Of a DNA stretch of 64,000 nucleotides, positions 33,172 through 44,789 are shown piece by piece. The number at the start of each line of letters is the position of its first letter. Position 1 is the stretch's first letter. The position numbers were made by a program, and so were the translations under genes. Origin of the DNA: Macrostomum hystrix (Eukaryota > Animalia > Platyhelminthes); the NCBI GenBank assembly GCA_950097015.1, contig CATNEN010000025.1:3534001-3598000 (forward strand). The letters are read 5' to 3'. The notes under the pieces were generated by a model. It was not told where the DNA came from. It saw only the letters and a program-made list of their open reading frames with translations, and searched no databases.

Positions 33172-34128
33172 ATGGGCAATCGGGAATCGCAGATGGCGGC
33201 AGCGACTCCCGATGCAGCCGCCGCCGCCACCGCCCCCGCCGACGCCATTACCGCCGACGGCGACGACGCCGCCGCTGCTGACGCTGCCGACTGTTCGGCG
33301 TTATCGCCATATTCCTCCACGGCAGTGCGGCATCGCGCAGTCTGTGATCAAGCTGACACCACCGGCCGGATGCCGACGTCACCAAATCGCAGCTCACCTG
33401 ATGGCAGCCTGCAGACTGTAGGCGCTTACTGGCGCTCGCGTGGATCATCGTTGTCCAGCTTCGGCCTGTCGCTGGCTGCATTCGGGGCTCCGCTAGCCGA
33501 GCTGGACTCCCCGCTGATGCGCTCGGAGGCTTCGTCACCGTCGTCGGCAACTCCGCCGTCTCCGTTGACGCCGCCACCAACGACGCATCGTACAGTCGGA
33601 TCGTCGTCGACTCTGCCATTGTCGGCGGCAGAGGTGGCGGCGCTGAGCCGGCCGCGGATTCACCCGATCCTGCGCGGCGGTCGGCAGATCTCCGACGATC
33701 TCTACTGGGTGCTGCCGCCGCGGTCCAAACGGAGGCGCGACCAAAAGACGCTGCCAGCCGAGGACAGACAGGCGGGCGTAGATTGGCAGGATCAGCGGAC
33801 CTACGGCCCCGGCCGGACTCCGTTGGATTTGGTGCGCGGCGTCACCGGTCGGGTGTTTGGCGTCACGGACGAAGAGAGTCACGCGGCTCTGAGCCTCCAC
33901 AGGTGGGACACGGAGGCTGCGGTTCGCTACCTGAAGATTGAGCAGCTGTTTCGCCTGGGCCTGTCGGATCGGCAGGCTTGTCGCACCCTGCTGGATAGTC
34001 ACCAATGGCACTTAGAGGCCGCCTGCGCCGCCGCTGCGGCTGAAGCGGCTGAAGCTGCTACTGAGGCAGCTGCGACGGCATCTGCGGTGGCGGAGACTGC
34101 CAGTGCCGAAGCCGAGTGTCTTTCTTAA
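33172..34128 (+). CDS. ACK1/TNK2 C-terminus-like protein (Mig6-homology segment plus ACK-type UBA), 318 aa; no kinase exons visible
   Basis: [24 protein letters not shown] resembles ACK1 [79 protein letters not shown] resembles the ACK1 UBA region. The ATG is in a strong context (gccATGG), 33 nt after an acceptor ending at 33138. Confidence 0.8.
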   Translation: [318 protein letters not shown]

Positions 34129-34139
34129 TTCTAATTGTA

Positions 34140-34457
34140 CTTATAGAATAATAATTGATTACGACCTGACCGAATTGGGCCAGATGTGCAGCCAGCAGCA
34201 CAGCCGCAGCTATTGCGCGGATGCATCTAAAAAGCTGTGTACAGCTGTTCAGTCCATGGACTGGGGAGATGCCACAAACAACGTCTACACATCACACACA
34301 CCCTCAATCACCCCAGCTGATGCTGGCACCCAATTAACAGCTGGGTGAACTAAAGCAGTGCGGAGTTACGTGTCATGCTAAAGGACAGTTAGAGTTGGGG
34401 TCGAACTCCTGACCTTCAATTCGTGAGTCCGACGCTTAAACCAATAGGCTTCAACCC
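34140..34457 (-). mobile_element. tRNA-derived SINE, family 1
   Basis: Reverse copy starting just after the ACK-like stop codon. Confidence 0.8.
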
Positions 34458-35229
34458 CTAATAGTTTATAAATAACCATTTTTGTTACATTTCGGTCGAC
34501 AGCTCGTCCAAGCTAAAGAATTGCACAGAGCTGCGCAACATCCACTCCTAGAAGTACATTTTCTGCGCCTCTAACTAAATGAATAATACGAATGCAGATT
34601 CTTGTCTCGATCTAAACATTTTTGCTATTCGACTGCACCTATAACTAAGTTTGCTAGTGCATCTTGATCAAAGAAAATCCCATCCACCTAACAGTGGCTC
34701 ATGCTACCTCATAGCATTCGTTAACTTGTCAAGTCATTTTTAAACAATTATCATATACTCGTATATTAAATGTTACACGCATGCGGGTTTAAATTGGATT
34801 TAGCTGAAGCTCTGACAACTTAATATGGATTCGTTTTATTACCAACCGCTGCTTTTAGTCTAAGTAGTGTGTCGTGTTTTATTTTTATAATTATATTTTT
34901 CAAAAACGTCTCACTCCAGTCCCCCTGGGAAATTCGTCCAGTGATTCCGTGAAGTTACCTCAAAATTGTGGAATCGACACGCACTCAATTGTTTTTCACG
35001 TTTATGTACTGTTCTTTTTGTATTTACCACACCAGCTCTGACCTAGAATAGTTTGTCTGTCTAAAAGTCAAGCAGCAATTGCTTTAATTTCAATTTTGTG
35101 CAAAAATGTAAGTTTAATGCATTGTTGTCCATTACAATTTTTTATACAATTTATACGACCCTAGGAAAAAATTCAAATGCAGTTGTCTTCAAACCAACAT
35201 TTTGTTCAGTTCAGATTCGTGGGAATGCA

Positions 35230-36200
35230 TGCTGTTAGATCTGGGAGAATCGCTGTAGGATCTGGGAGAATCGCTGTTGGATCTGGGAGAATCAATGTAG
35301 GATCTGAGAGAATCACTGTTGGATCTGGGAGAATCGCTGTAGGATCTGGGAGAATCGCCGTTGGATCTGAGAGAATCGCTGTGGGATCTGGGAGAATCGC
35401 TGTTGGATCTGGGAGAATAGCTGTAGGATCTGGGAGAATAGCTGTAGGATCTGGGAGAATCGCTGTAGGATCTGGGAGAATCGCTGTAGGATCTGGGAGA
35501 ATCGCTGTAGGATCTGGGAGAATCGCTGTAGGATCTGGGAGAATCGCTGTAGGATCTGGGAGAATAGCTGCAGGATCTGGGAGAATAGCTGTAGGATCTG
35601 GGAGAAAAGCTGTAGGATCTGGGAGAATAGCTGCAGGATCTGGGAGAATAGCTGTAGGATCTGGGAGAATAGCTGCAGGATCTGGGAGAACCGATGAATG
35701 ATCGAGGAGATCTGGGAGAATAGCTGCAGGATCTGGGAGAATCGCTGTAGGATCTGGGAGAATCGCTGTAGGATCTGGGAGAATAGCTGTAGGATCTGGG
35801 AGAATAGCTGTAGGATCTGGGAGAATCGCTGTAGGATCTGGGAGAATCGCTGTAGGATCTGGGAGAATAGCTGTAGGATCTGGGAGAATCGCTGTAGGAT
35901 CTGGGAGAATCGCTGTAGGATCTGGGAGAATCACTGTGGGATCTGGGAGAATCGCTGTAGGATCTGGGAGAATCGCTGCAGGATCTGGGAGAATCGCTGC
36001 AGGATCTGGGAGAATAGCTGTAGGATCTGGGAGAATCGCTGCAGGATCTGGGAGAATCGCTGTAGGATCTGGGAGAACCGATGAATGATCGAGGAGATCT
36101 GGGAGAATCGCTGCAGGATCTGGGAGAATAGCTGTAGGATCTGGGAGAATCGCTGTAGGATCTGGGAGAACCGATGAATGATCGAGGAGATCTGGGAGAA
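35230..36200. repeat. 21-nt minisatellite (GGATCTGGGAGAATCGCTGTA)n
   Basis: Visible tandem units. Confidence 0.95.
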
Positions 36201-38329
36201 TAGATGCCAAAAAATTATGAAAATTTATGCATTTATCAACCTTGATTGAAATCGACTACTACTACTTACTTAGATTAGTAGTTTAGTTTAGACACGAGCT
36301 CTTTAATTTCATATAAAACTGCATTGTTCCCATCGCCACTCGCCAGTAAGTGTTTTTACCAGAGAGTAGGAGCTGTTAGAACTAAAGTCTCATTTGAAAA
36401 CAGAATATGCCAAAAAGCCCATAACAGAAGCAGAAAACGAAACACAATTTCCATTTGTTTGCAACGAAAACATGCAATTAAACATAGTGTAGTCCCTTTA
36501 AAATCAATTTATTAGAAAAATCTCAAACTGAACTTATAAAATCATACATCCTGGGACAAAGCAATCTACTCAGTGGTGCAAGGCAATAGAGAAGTAACAG
36601 GAACACTTGCAAGGTATATATAAATGATTTTGAGAAGACAGCAAGTGTGCTGAGTGTATATACTTGAAGTATGCTGCCTCAGCTTCATAGACTTCGTAAA
36701 AGTATTTCCCCAGCTTTTTTAATTCTCTACTTTAACTTTAACTTTTTAATTTAATTTCGTATCATTTTATCCTCGTTAGCAACCTTACTATTTCCTGATT
36801 GGTTTCTTCTCGATAAATGAGTAATGTTTTTTTGTTTTATTTAGAAGCTATATTATTGAAATCTCTAATGTATTTGAATAAATAAAATAATTTATCAGAA
36901 AATCAATCATAAGAAAAAATTATTTTTTATGATAGTAATTAAATTATACCTACTTTTTTTCAAATAAAATTCTAATGGATGATTTTTTTGTTACAGGCCC
37001 GGTGGTGTATATTCATTTGTGCTTATTACAACTCTTATTTACGGGATATCTGTACTATTTCTAAGGATAAGGGCCTCTGCTTTATATAAGTCAGTTCACT
37101 CTAACTATGGCTTTAAGCACAATACTTTAAACGGAATAACTCCAATCAAACATTAGTAAAACACTTTGTTATTCATGAGGTATCGATATTGTGTCCTAGT
37201 GGTAAAAGGCACCTTTAATTACTATGCACTTGGGATACCACACTATGGATTAGAGTTACCCAGTCAATCACCGGCTTTTATGTGAAAAACTCCCTATTTA
37301 TTGGTTCTTCTCAGGAATTTTATGTCTTATTCAATGCTCAGAACGAGATATATGTATATTTTGAAGGTAAATAAGTAAAACAGTACGATCATTTAACTCG
37401 TTATTCAACATTTTACTTTGAAAAACTGTTATAGTTTCCAGTTTATTACTCCCAAAACGGCAAGTTTAATTTGCTTACGTAAACCGATTTGTATAAAAAA
37501 AACTGGAGCAAAAGCGCTAGTTGGAAGTTTAATAGAAATTGTGCGTGTTACATATATAGTATTCGATCGGGGATGTCCGTACGCATTTAAACAACATTTA
37601 GGGCATTAAAACAAGCATTTAGTTTTTTTTCCGCAAATTAGAATTGCTAAAATACGATAACAAAAAAATTGTTTAAAAACATATTTACCAGGTTCTGATG
37701 GCGCGATGTAAGTCTGAGCTAAGAGCAAGGCAAGAAAAGAAATGTGTAGAGCAACACGCACTCGATAGATAACTGCTGGCATTTGCGTCACCGAGGGTTC
37801 AAAAAGGGATCTTATAATTGGTGAAATTCTCGGACACGCAAGCATCGGCAGTCCTCAATGGATGGACTAAAAAAGGTGTGATAAGAAAATTAGAGGCGAT
37901 AATTGGAAAACTGGATAGAACCGGCCGAATAGCCGATCTGATGATGGGGGCAGTCGAGAGCGAATTTCAAGCCTTGAATGGAGTAATAGCAATCCAGATT
38001 TGTTAGAACGCGCACCGGTGAATCAATTAAAACAATAAGAGCCTTTTTAACTAAGAAGGGTTGAAAAGAATGCAAGTAGTTCTTAACAAGAAAAAAATTA
38101 TTTATTGATTTTCTTGTATAATTTCACAAGATTACATTGCATATAATCTAAATCTGAACATTATAATCTGATAATTTACGAGTACATTATCAACTTGCAC
38201 AAGGCAAATAAAAAATCTGTCCAATTCCAGTCTTGTCAGGATGAGTTGTGACAATTCAATGTGGCTCAGGGTGAGTTGGTAATTGTCGAGATGGGTCAGG
38301 GTGAGATGGAACTTATCCTGGGATGAGTC

Positions 38330-39230
38330 GAGGTAGGCCAGGATGAGTTGGGACTAGTCAAGGCGGGTAAGAACGAGTTGGTACTTGTCAAAGTGGGTCA
38401 GGATGAGTTGGGACTAGTCAACGTGGATCAGGATGAGTTGGTACTTGTCAAAGTGGGTCAGGATGAGTTGGGACTAGTCAAGGCGGGTAAGAATGAGATG
38501 GTACTTGTCAAAGTGGGCCAGGATGAGTTGGGACTAGTCAAGGCGGGTAAGAACGAGTTGGTACTTGTCAAAGTGGGCCAGGATGAGTTGGGACTAGTCA
38601 AGGCGGGTAAGAACGAGTTGGTACTTGTCAAAGTGGGTCAGGATGAGTTGATACTTGTCAACGTGGGTCAGGATGTGTTGATACTTGTCAATGTGGGTCA
38701 GGATGAGATGGGACTAGTCAAGGTGGGTCAGGATGAGATGGGACTTGTCAAGGTGGGTCAGGATGAGATGGGACTTGTCAACGTGGGTCAGGATGAGTTG
38801 GGACTAGTCAAGGTGGGTCAGGATGAGTTGCGACTAGTCAACGTGGGTCAGGATGTGTTGACACTAGTCAACGTGGGTCAGGATGAGTTGGGACTAGTCA
38901 ACGTGGGTCAGGATGAGTTGGTACTTGTCAAAGTGGGTCAGGATGTGTTGACACTAGTCAACGTGGGTCAGGATGAGTTGGGACTAGTCAACGTGGGTCA
39001 GGATGTGTTGACACTAGTCAACGTGGGTCAGGATGAGTTGGGACTAGTCAACGTGGGTCAGGATGAGTTGGGACTAGTCAAGGTGGGTCAGGATGAGTTG
39101 GGACTAGTCAACGTGGGTTAGGATGAGTTGGGACTAGTCAACGTGGGTCAGGATGAGTTGGGACTAGTCAACGTGGGTCAGGATGAGTTGGTACTTGTCA
39201 AAGTGGGTCAGGATAAAATAGGACTAGTCA
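38330..39230. repeat. 30-nt minisatellite (GGATGAGTTGGGACTAGTCAACGTGGGTCA)n
   Basis: Visible tandem units. Confidence 0.95.
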
Positions 39231-39984
39231 TGGGATGAGTCAGGCATATTTGCAATTAGACATGGTACATTCAGAAAGCGACTCAGACTGAGGTAGTTCA
39301 TTTAAGAGCACTGGCAATAGCGGCTCTAGTTGCTTAATTAGCAGATGTAGTAGGGCCTCTGAGAACCGCTTCCAGCTGTCCATGTTTGGCATTGCAGTTC
39401 CAGGACCGTTCAGAAATTCCTACCCTGATATGTCTAGATAAGCTCATCTTGAAAAATAGAGCTCAATCTCAATGAATACTGCTTAAGTAGCTCCTAAAAC
39501 TGGAATTCATAGATTTCTGTTTGCACCTGCGCCATCCTCTACGTTTGATCCTGGACTTCTAAACCGGCCTAGTTATCTTCGGCCTGCACATACATATTTG
39601 GCTGAACAATTATTAACATCAAACGAGGCGGCCGCTTTAGATATCGACTCCATTGAGTAGCTTACTGCTCCAGCGATGATTGACTCATTGACGTCAGGAG
39701 TGTGAATGCGCCATCTGCTGATGACCTGCGACTGGGGGGAGGGAGCATTGCTCATTCTGGTGCTACTCAAACAGAATACAAAAGTTCAGAGTTGGAATAA
39801 CTCACATGTATTCATAACCTTGTTTAAAATAAACATTTTAAAATTTAGTTTAGTAATTAAAAACAAGACAAAATTTTTTTTTACCTTTTTGTACATTTGT
39901 ACATTTTTAATCGAAGTAATTTAGTAGCGAATTTCGTTATAATTTTATAACGTTATAGTATTTTCATAATTGAATCAAAACCTT

Positions 39985-40150
39985 ACGCTCGAATAGACTA
40001 CAAGGCTGTTGAATTGGTACCAGGATCTGCTGGGGGAAATTGAGAATGCGTGTGTCGTCCCCCCAGTCCATGGACTGAACAGCAGCCTTCAGATGCGCCG
40101 CGCAATAGCTGCGGCTGTGCCATCCAGTGCACGTCTGACCCAATTGTGAA
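39985..40150 (-). mobile_element. SINE family 1, 3' half
   Basis: Contains cccccagtccatggactgaac...gcgccgcgcaatagctgcggctgtg, shared with the other copies. Confidence 0.75.
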
Positions 40151-40204
40151 AGGTTCAATGAATTATTACCTCGTATTATCATTGTTAATTCGCACGTAAC
40201 TAAT

Positions 40205-40630
40205 AAATTATAGCTTTTTACTCTCGCTCGAGGTTAAATGGCGGAGCGTTGGACTTGTCGCTCCAACGATCCATGGGTTCGAATCCACTATATATGAGGC
40301 CGAATTTATTTGGGGCGCAGCCACGGAGAGAAGGCTTGGAGGCTTGTCGGGGAAAAGGTTTGGGGCTTGTCGTGTGCAATTTACGCTCTTGAGGGCCAAC
40401 CTCCAAGGTACAGTTAAATGTACACTGCCTGACGATGAGAAAGTCAGGGCAGATGTACACACCTGTGTGAGCGTGTGCCTGCGTACATTATCTGTGTGCG
40501 TGTGTGCTCAGGAGTCAGCGAAATGGGCAGAATTGCCTCCTCGCTGGCTGCGGGTCTAGTGTCACCAAATGATGTGCCATTGCGCGCAGCCCTCCTGCAA
40601 TTATTATTGTTATTATTGTTATTATTATTA
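40205..40630 (+). mobile_element. SINE family 2, near full length
   Basis: Head with A/B-box-like motifs (aatggcggagcg, gggttcgaatcc), shared body and a (TTA)n tail at 40600-40630. Confidence 0.8.
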
Positions 40631-41028
40631 TTGGAGGCTTGTCGCACAGAGTACCCTCATGAGGGCCAAATCCTTTCGGCACACGAGAATGTACACCGGA
40701 TGCACACACCTTTCTGCGCAGACCATCGCAAAATGATGCGTCAGTGGTGGACACGTCCCCAAAATCCGCATGCTATTTTATAGTATCGAAAAAAATAGAA
40801 TTACAACCTTATAATTTAAAATATTCTTGAAAACACTTTCATTAAATAGCGAACAAACTATTTTTACCTTCCAAAAGTAACATTGTGAACTAAAGCCCCC
40901 GATAAGTCAATAATTGGCTGGGCCGAGTCTCAGCGAATCCCGAATCGTTGAGCACAGTAACAAGTGCATAAATAGAGCAGCGGCTCAGGGCATTGCGGCC
41001 CGGCTAGGTAAAATCCCAACTGTACACA

Positions 41029-44000
41029 ATGCAGCAGGCGAGGCAGCTACACAGGCAGAATTTGTTGATGCGTTTGATGCGAGAGCTGGCGTTTCAGAGC
41101 GAAGCAATGAAGCGAGGGTCTGGTCCTGAAGCTGACAGATGCTGTTTGGGATCATCGTCAGTGGCACCTGCAGCAGCGGCAGCAGCAGCAGCAGCCGTCG
41201 CCTCCAGAAGTGTAAGTAAACAAGCTGTGCTGAATCGAATTGAGTTCTAAGCTCATGGAATCCAATGATTTCAACTATGCTCCCACTGGATAAACAGGAG
41301 TCCAACTGGTATTTACGCTGTTCCTTTTCTCAACCTATCTCAGCCTATACGAGCATCCGAACTCAGCTACCCATAGAAATCAATGGTGGCAAAGATGGGG
41401 GTTTGGCCCATAGACTGTCTCTTCGTGACAATTAAACTCAGCAGTGAGCAACCAAACTCAGCCATATGCGTTTTCCCTTGCAGACCATATTTAGTTTCTA
41501 TATGGCGCAACTGAGACCAACTTCTAACAAGGACAGAACACGCTTAATCACTGCTTTTATTGAAGGGCAGAATTTGAACACCGCGTCGCGCATTCTGGGC
41601 ATCAAGTTGAAGACCGCCAGACTCATCGTTAGATGTTTTGAGCAGACTGGAAGGACTGATGCGCTTCCGCGAGGTGGGAGGAAGCATGCAAGGTGCAAGA
41701 TGGACGAAGAGATGAGGCAAGAGCTGACCAACATAGTGGATGCCAATCCATTTGCCACCCTGAACATCATGAGAGAGCAGCTGATGGAGAGACTGCCAAA
41801 GAAGCCTGCTGTCTCAATCGCCACCGTGGCCAGAGCTCTGGAAGGTTCCCTGTACACCTTCAAAATCGGATCCAAAGATGCCGATGTTCGACTGCAGGCC
41901 AATTCGGCCGAAGTGATCGCTGCTCGACGGGAGTACGCACAGCTGATGACAAATTCGCCACAAGAAGCCGTTGTCATCTACATTGACGAGACCGGCTACA
42001 ATCTGTGGAATCGGAGGACTCAGGGCTGGTCTCCGAGGGGTCAGAGAGTGCGCCGGCAGTGCACAACCCAGCGTGGTCCCAACCTGACAATGTGCTTAGC
42101 CGTGTCATCAACCATTGGCCTGGTCAAGACTGAGATCTTCCGAGGGGGCAAACTCGACAGCGTTTTCAACAGTTTGTCACTGAGCTCATTGAGCATGCTT
42201 ACGGCCTTGTTGGCACTGCAAGAGTCGTAGTTGTTTGCGACGGTCCGACCTTCCACCGCGGTGTCACAGTGCCTGCAGTCCATCAGCCGCAGTTTTCCCT
42301 ACAGCTGCTTCCTGCCTACTCGCCATTCCTCAACCCATGCGAGATGGCTCACAGCGCCGTGAAGTCTCGAATCCGGCAGCAGCTGGTTGATCCGTCATTC
42401 GCTGAAGAGGCTGGTGGCCAGCCTGACGGGGTGACTCGTGAGGAGTGGCGTTGGACGCTGTCACGCCATTGAAGGTTACCCACTGGGAGGTCCACTGCAG
42501 CAGGAATTTTCACCGGTGCATCATGCAGCAGCCGTTCCTGTTATTGATTAAACTTTCTCATTGATGTTCGTTCGTACGTGTTGCCTGTGTTTGCATGTTT
42601 GCCCGTGCGTTTGTCAACTTTGAAATGTAACTGCCTCTTGGCTTTATGGGAAATAAACCATGGATGAATGAATAGAATGGATTGCTATTCTGGCTCTGGC
42701 TATTTTCGTTTTTGACTCTTTTGCATCCGGTTCCCCCCCCCCGTGCCTTTTCATTGGTTGATGATTGCCATAGACAATTGATGTACCACAAGTTTTGATG
42801 TGTCGCTGAAGAAATAGAACTTACTAAAAGGGCACACACAAAGGTACTCCCTAGATGATGAAACTGAACTTACTACTTAGGCCGGGAGAGTTCTGGGCGA
42901 AATAGAAGTTACTTGGGTTGAAATAGAACTTTAAAACCAATTTCATAACTCCAATAGTAAAAATCAGATAAAGCATCGCCAGTAATCCATTATTGTAGCA
43001 TTGTCATCGCACCCTCATCATCACCCTCGACATAAAATCTGAAATCATTACTGTTGTAATTTGCAGGGGATTTGTTATCATTCCTCTGCTTCAATTAACA
43101 ACTTCAATTGACAAACAAGTAACCAGGGAATAACGAGCGCTCGATAATCTCTGCAAGTAACCGACATTCTCAGTTCTTTGCGCTTGTGCATCGAAAGAAA
43201 GAGGCGAAGGCCGAAAATTGTCTATGGCAATCATCAACCAATGAAAAGGCACGGGGGGAACCGGATGCAAAAGAGTCAAAAACGAAAATAGCCAGAGCCA
43301 GAATAGCAATCCATTCTATTCATTCATCCATGAAATAAACGCATATGGCTGAGTTTGGTTGCTCACTGCTGAGTTTGATTGTCACGAACAGACAGTCTAT
43401 GGGCCAAACCCCCATCTTTGCCACCATTGATTTCTATGGGTAGGCTGAGATAGGTTGAGAAAAGGAAAAGCGAAATACTAGCAGTGCCAGTGGATATTTT
43501 CAGCAGAAGCTGCAGCAGCACGGACATCGCTGGACCAATTTTACCATAGACAAAATTCTCGAACGAGACAGACCTGCGACTGAAGCTTCGAGTTGTTCAT
43601 CGAGTGGTGAGCAAATATAGGAATTACAGTGTAGTGGATAATAAGTCGTGGGAAATCCTGGTGATTACGGTAAGACGGTCAACACTAAAACCTTGCAGCC
43701 TCAATTCAGCCGTCAAGAAGGTCGTGTTCGCCCCAGCATGCCAAGAGATTTCGGACTCAATTCACCCGCATGCAGCTGGACCGCTTAGAGAGCGAATTCA
43801 AGCAGCAACAGTACATTGTGGGACCGCAGCGCCACTCGCTAGCCAGTGAGCTCAACTTAAAAGAGATTCAAGTCAAGGTCTGGTTCCAGGTTAGTTTCTG
43901 CCAGCTTCAGCCGTTTGGCGATTTCCAAGAAACTCTTTTCTAGAAACTCTTTTCTAGAAACTCTTTTCTAGAAACTCTTTTCTAGAAACTCTTTCCTAGA

Positions 44001-44238
44001 AACAAATTCCTAGAAACTATTTCCTAGAAACAAATTCCTAAAACTATTTCTTTGAAATTAATTTTAAGAAATTAGGAATTAATTGCGTGTAACGAGGTTA
44101 CAACTTAAGATCACTGTCTATAAAGTGTGTGCTCAATTATTCTAGAACCGTCGCATCAAATGGCGAAAGCAGCACCAGACGGAGCAGGGCGTCTGCACTA
44201 GTTGTCAGCCGGGGGAGGACGGCGACTCGGCGGTGTAA
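41029..44238 (+). CDS. Not: Not/Noto-like NKL homeobox gene (exons 41029-41211, 43504-43606, 43699-43889, 44146-44238)
   Basis: The homeodomain [49 protein letters not shown]|NRRIKWRKQ is missing from the ORF track; QQY.VG and NRRIKWRK are typical of Not. Exon 2 has the eh1 motif FTIDKIL. A TATA-like ataaata lies at ~40966. Exon 1 is less certain than exons 2-4. Confidence 0.8.
41502..42472 (+). pseudogene. Frameshifted DDE transposase (IS630/Tc1-like)
   Basis: An HTH region and PRGGR linker precede [15 protein letters not shown] and RGPNLTMC. After a one-base frameshift at ~42150 the sequence continues VVCDGPTFH...[13 protein letters not shown], with 33 residues between D and E by my count. 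Confidence 0.85.
42659..43332. mobile_element. Non-autonomous TIR element (674 bp, CATGG...CCATG termini, 8-bp TSD), P- or hAT-like
   Basis: Inverted repeats of ~120 bp at 42659-42780 and 43217-43332, with the direct repeat AAATAAAC at 42651-42658 and 43333-43340. Confidence 0.85.
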
Positions 44239-44239
44239 A

Positions 44240-44360
44240 TGGCGAGAGAGATCGGCGATGCAATAGCGAGAGAGATCGGCGATGCAATAGCGAGAGAGAT
44301 CGGCGATGCAATGGCGAGAGAGATCGGCGATGCAATAGCAAGAGAGATCGGCGATGCAAA
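44240..44360. repeat. 24-nt repeat immediately after the Not stop codon
   Basis: (GCGAGAGAGATCGGCGATGCAATA)n, about 5 units. Confidence 0.85.
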
Positions 44361-44789
44361 GAAACAAATCAGCTAATTGTTTTTGTTGGTTCATTTGTTA
44401 GTTTGTCTGGCTTTCGCTTGAGTGTCTGTCTTTTGTAAAACTCCTATATTTTTTACGCCATGTCACAAACATCCCAAATCCCCATTGAGATTTTTTCGAA
44501 AGTCTAAGTTTATAATTTGTTTAAATAAAGTTGTTTTTATGTTAAGTTGCATTTGTAAAATGATGAAAAGTATGAAATCAGCGTTCAGTCTTTGTACCTT
44601 TCTTATCAGGTTTGTCACAATTTCTTGTCGCGGCATTATACGACTCGTAATTTTTATTTTACATAGGGTTTTCCGCTATTTTTGGTAGCACTATCGTATA
44701 TGAGTACATATGAATTGATTAGTATCGAAATGTAATATGCATTATATATATCTGTATATTATATCGTCATCTCTTGCTTTGGTCTAGTT

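Larger units (their letters stand above)
41312..43475 (+). mobile_element. IS630/Tc1-mariner DNA transposon in Not intron 1
   Basis: TIRs of ~140 bp (41312-41473 and 43337-43475; the left one has a ~20-nt insertion) are flanked by TA on both sides, with a transposase between them. Confidence 0.85.

Noticed and set aside
35177-39230. Repetitive ORFs (ILPDPTA; VGQDELGLV) resembling adhesive or structural proteins
   Set aside because: Unit lengths of 21 and 30 nt are multiples of 3, several frames or strands are open, and there is no unique flanking coding sequence or splice context.
36300-39800. Possible low-GC gene fragments (ORFs 37818-38006 and 39573-39770)
   Set aside because: They are short, show no recognisable motif, and their splice phases could not be reconciled.
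43607-43698. A 29-nt intron (43670-43698) preceded by a micro-exon in Not
   Set aside because: It would need a 14-nt upstream intron. A single 92-nt intron explains the phases.
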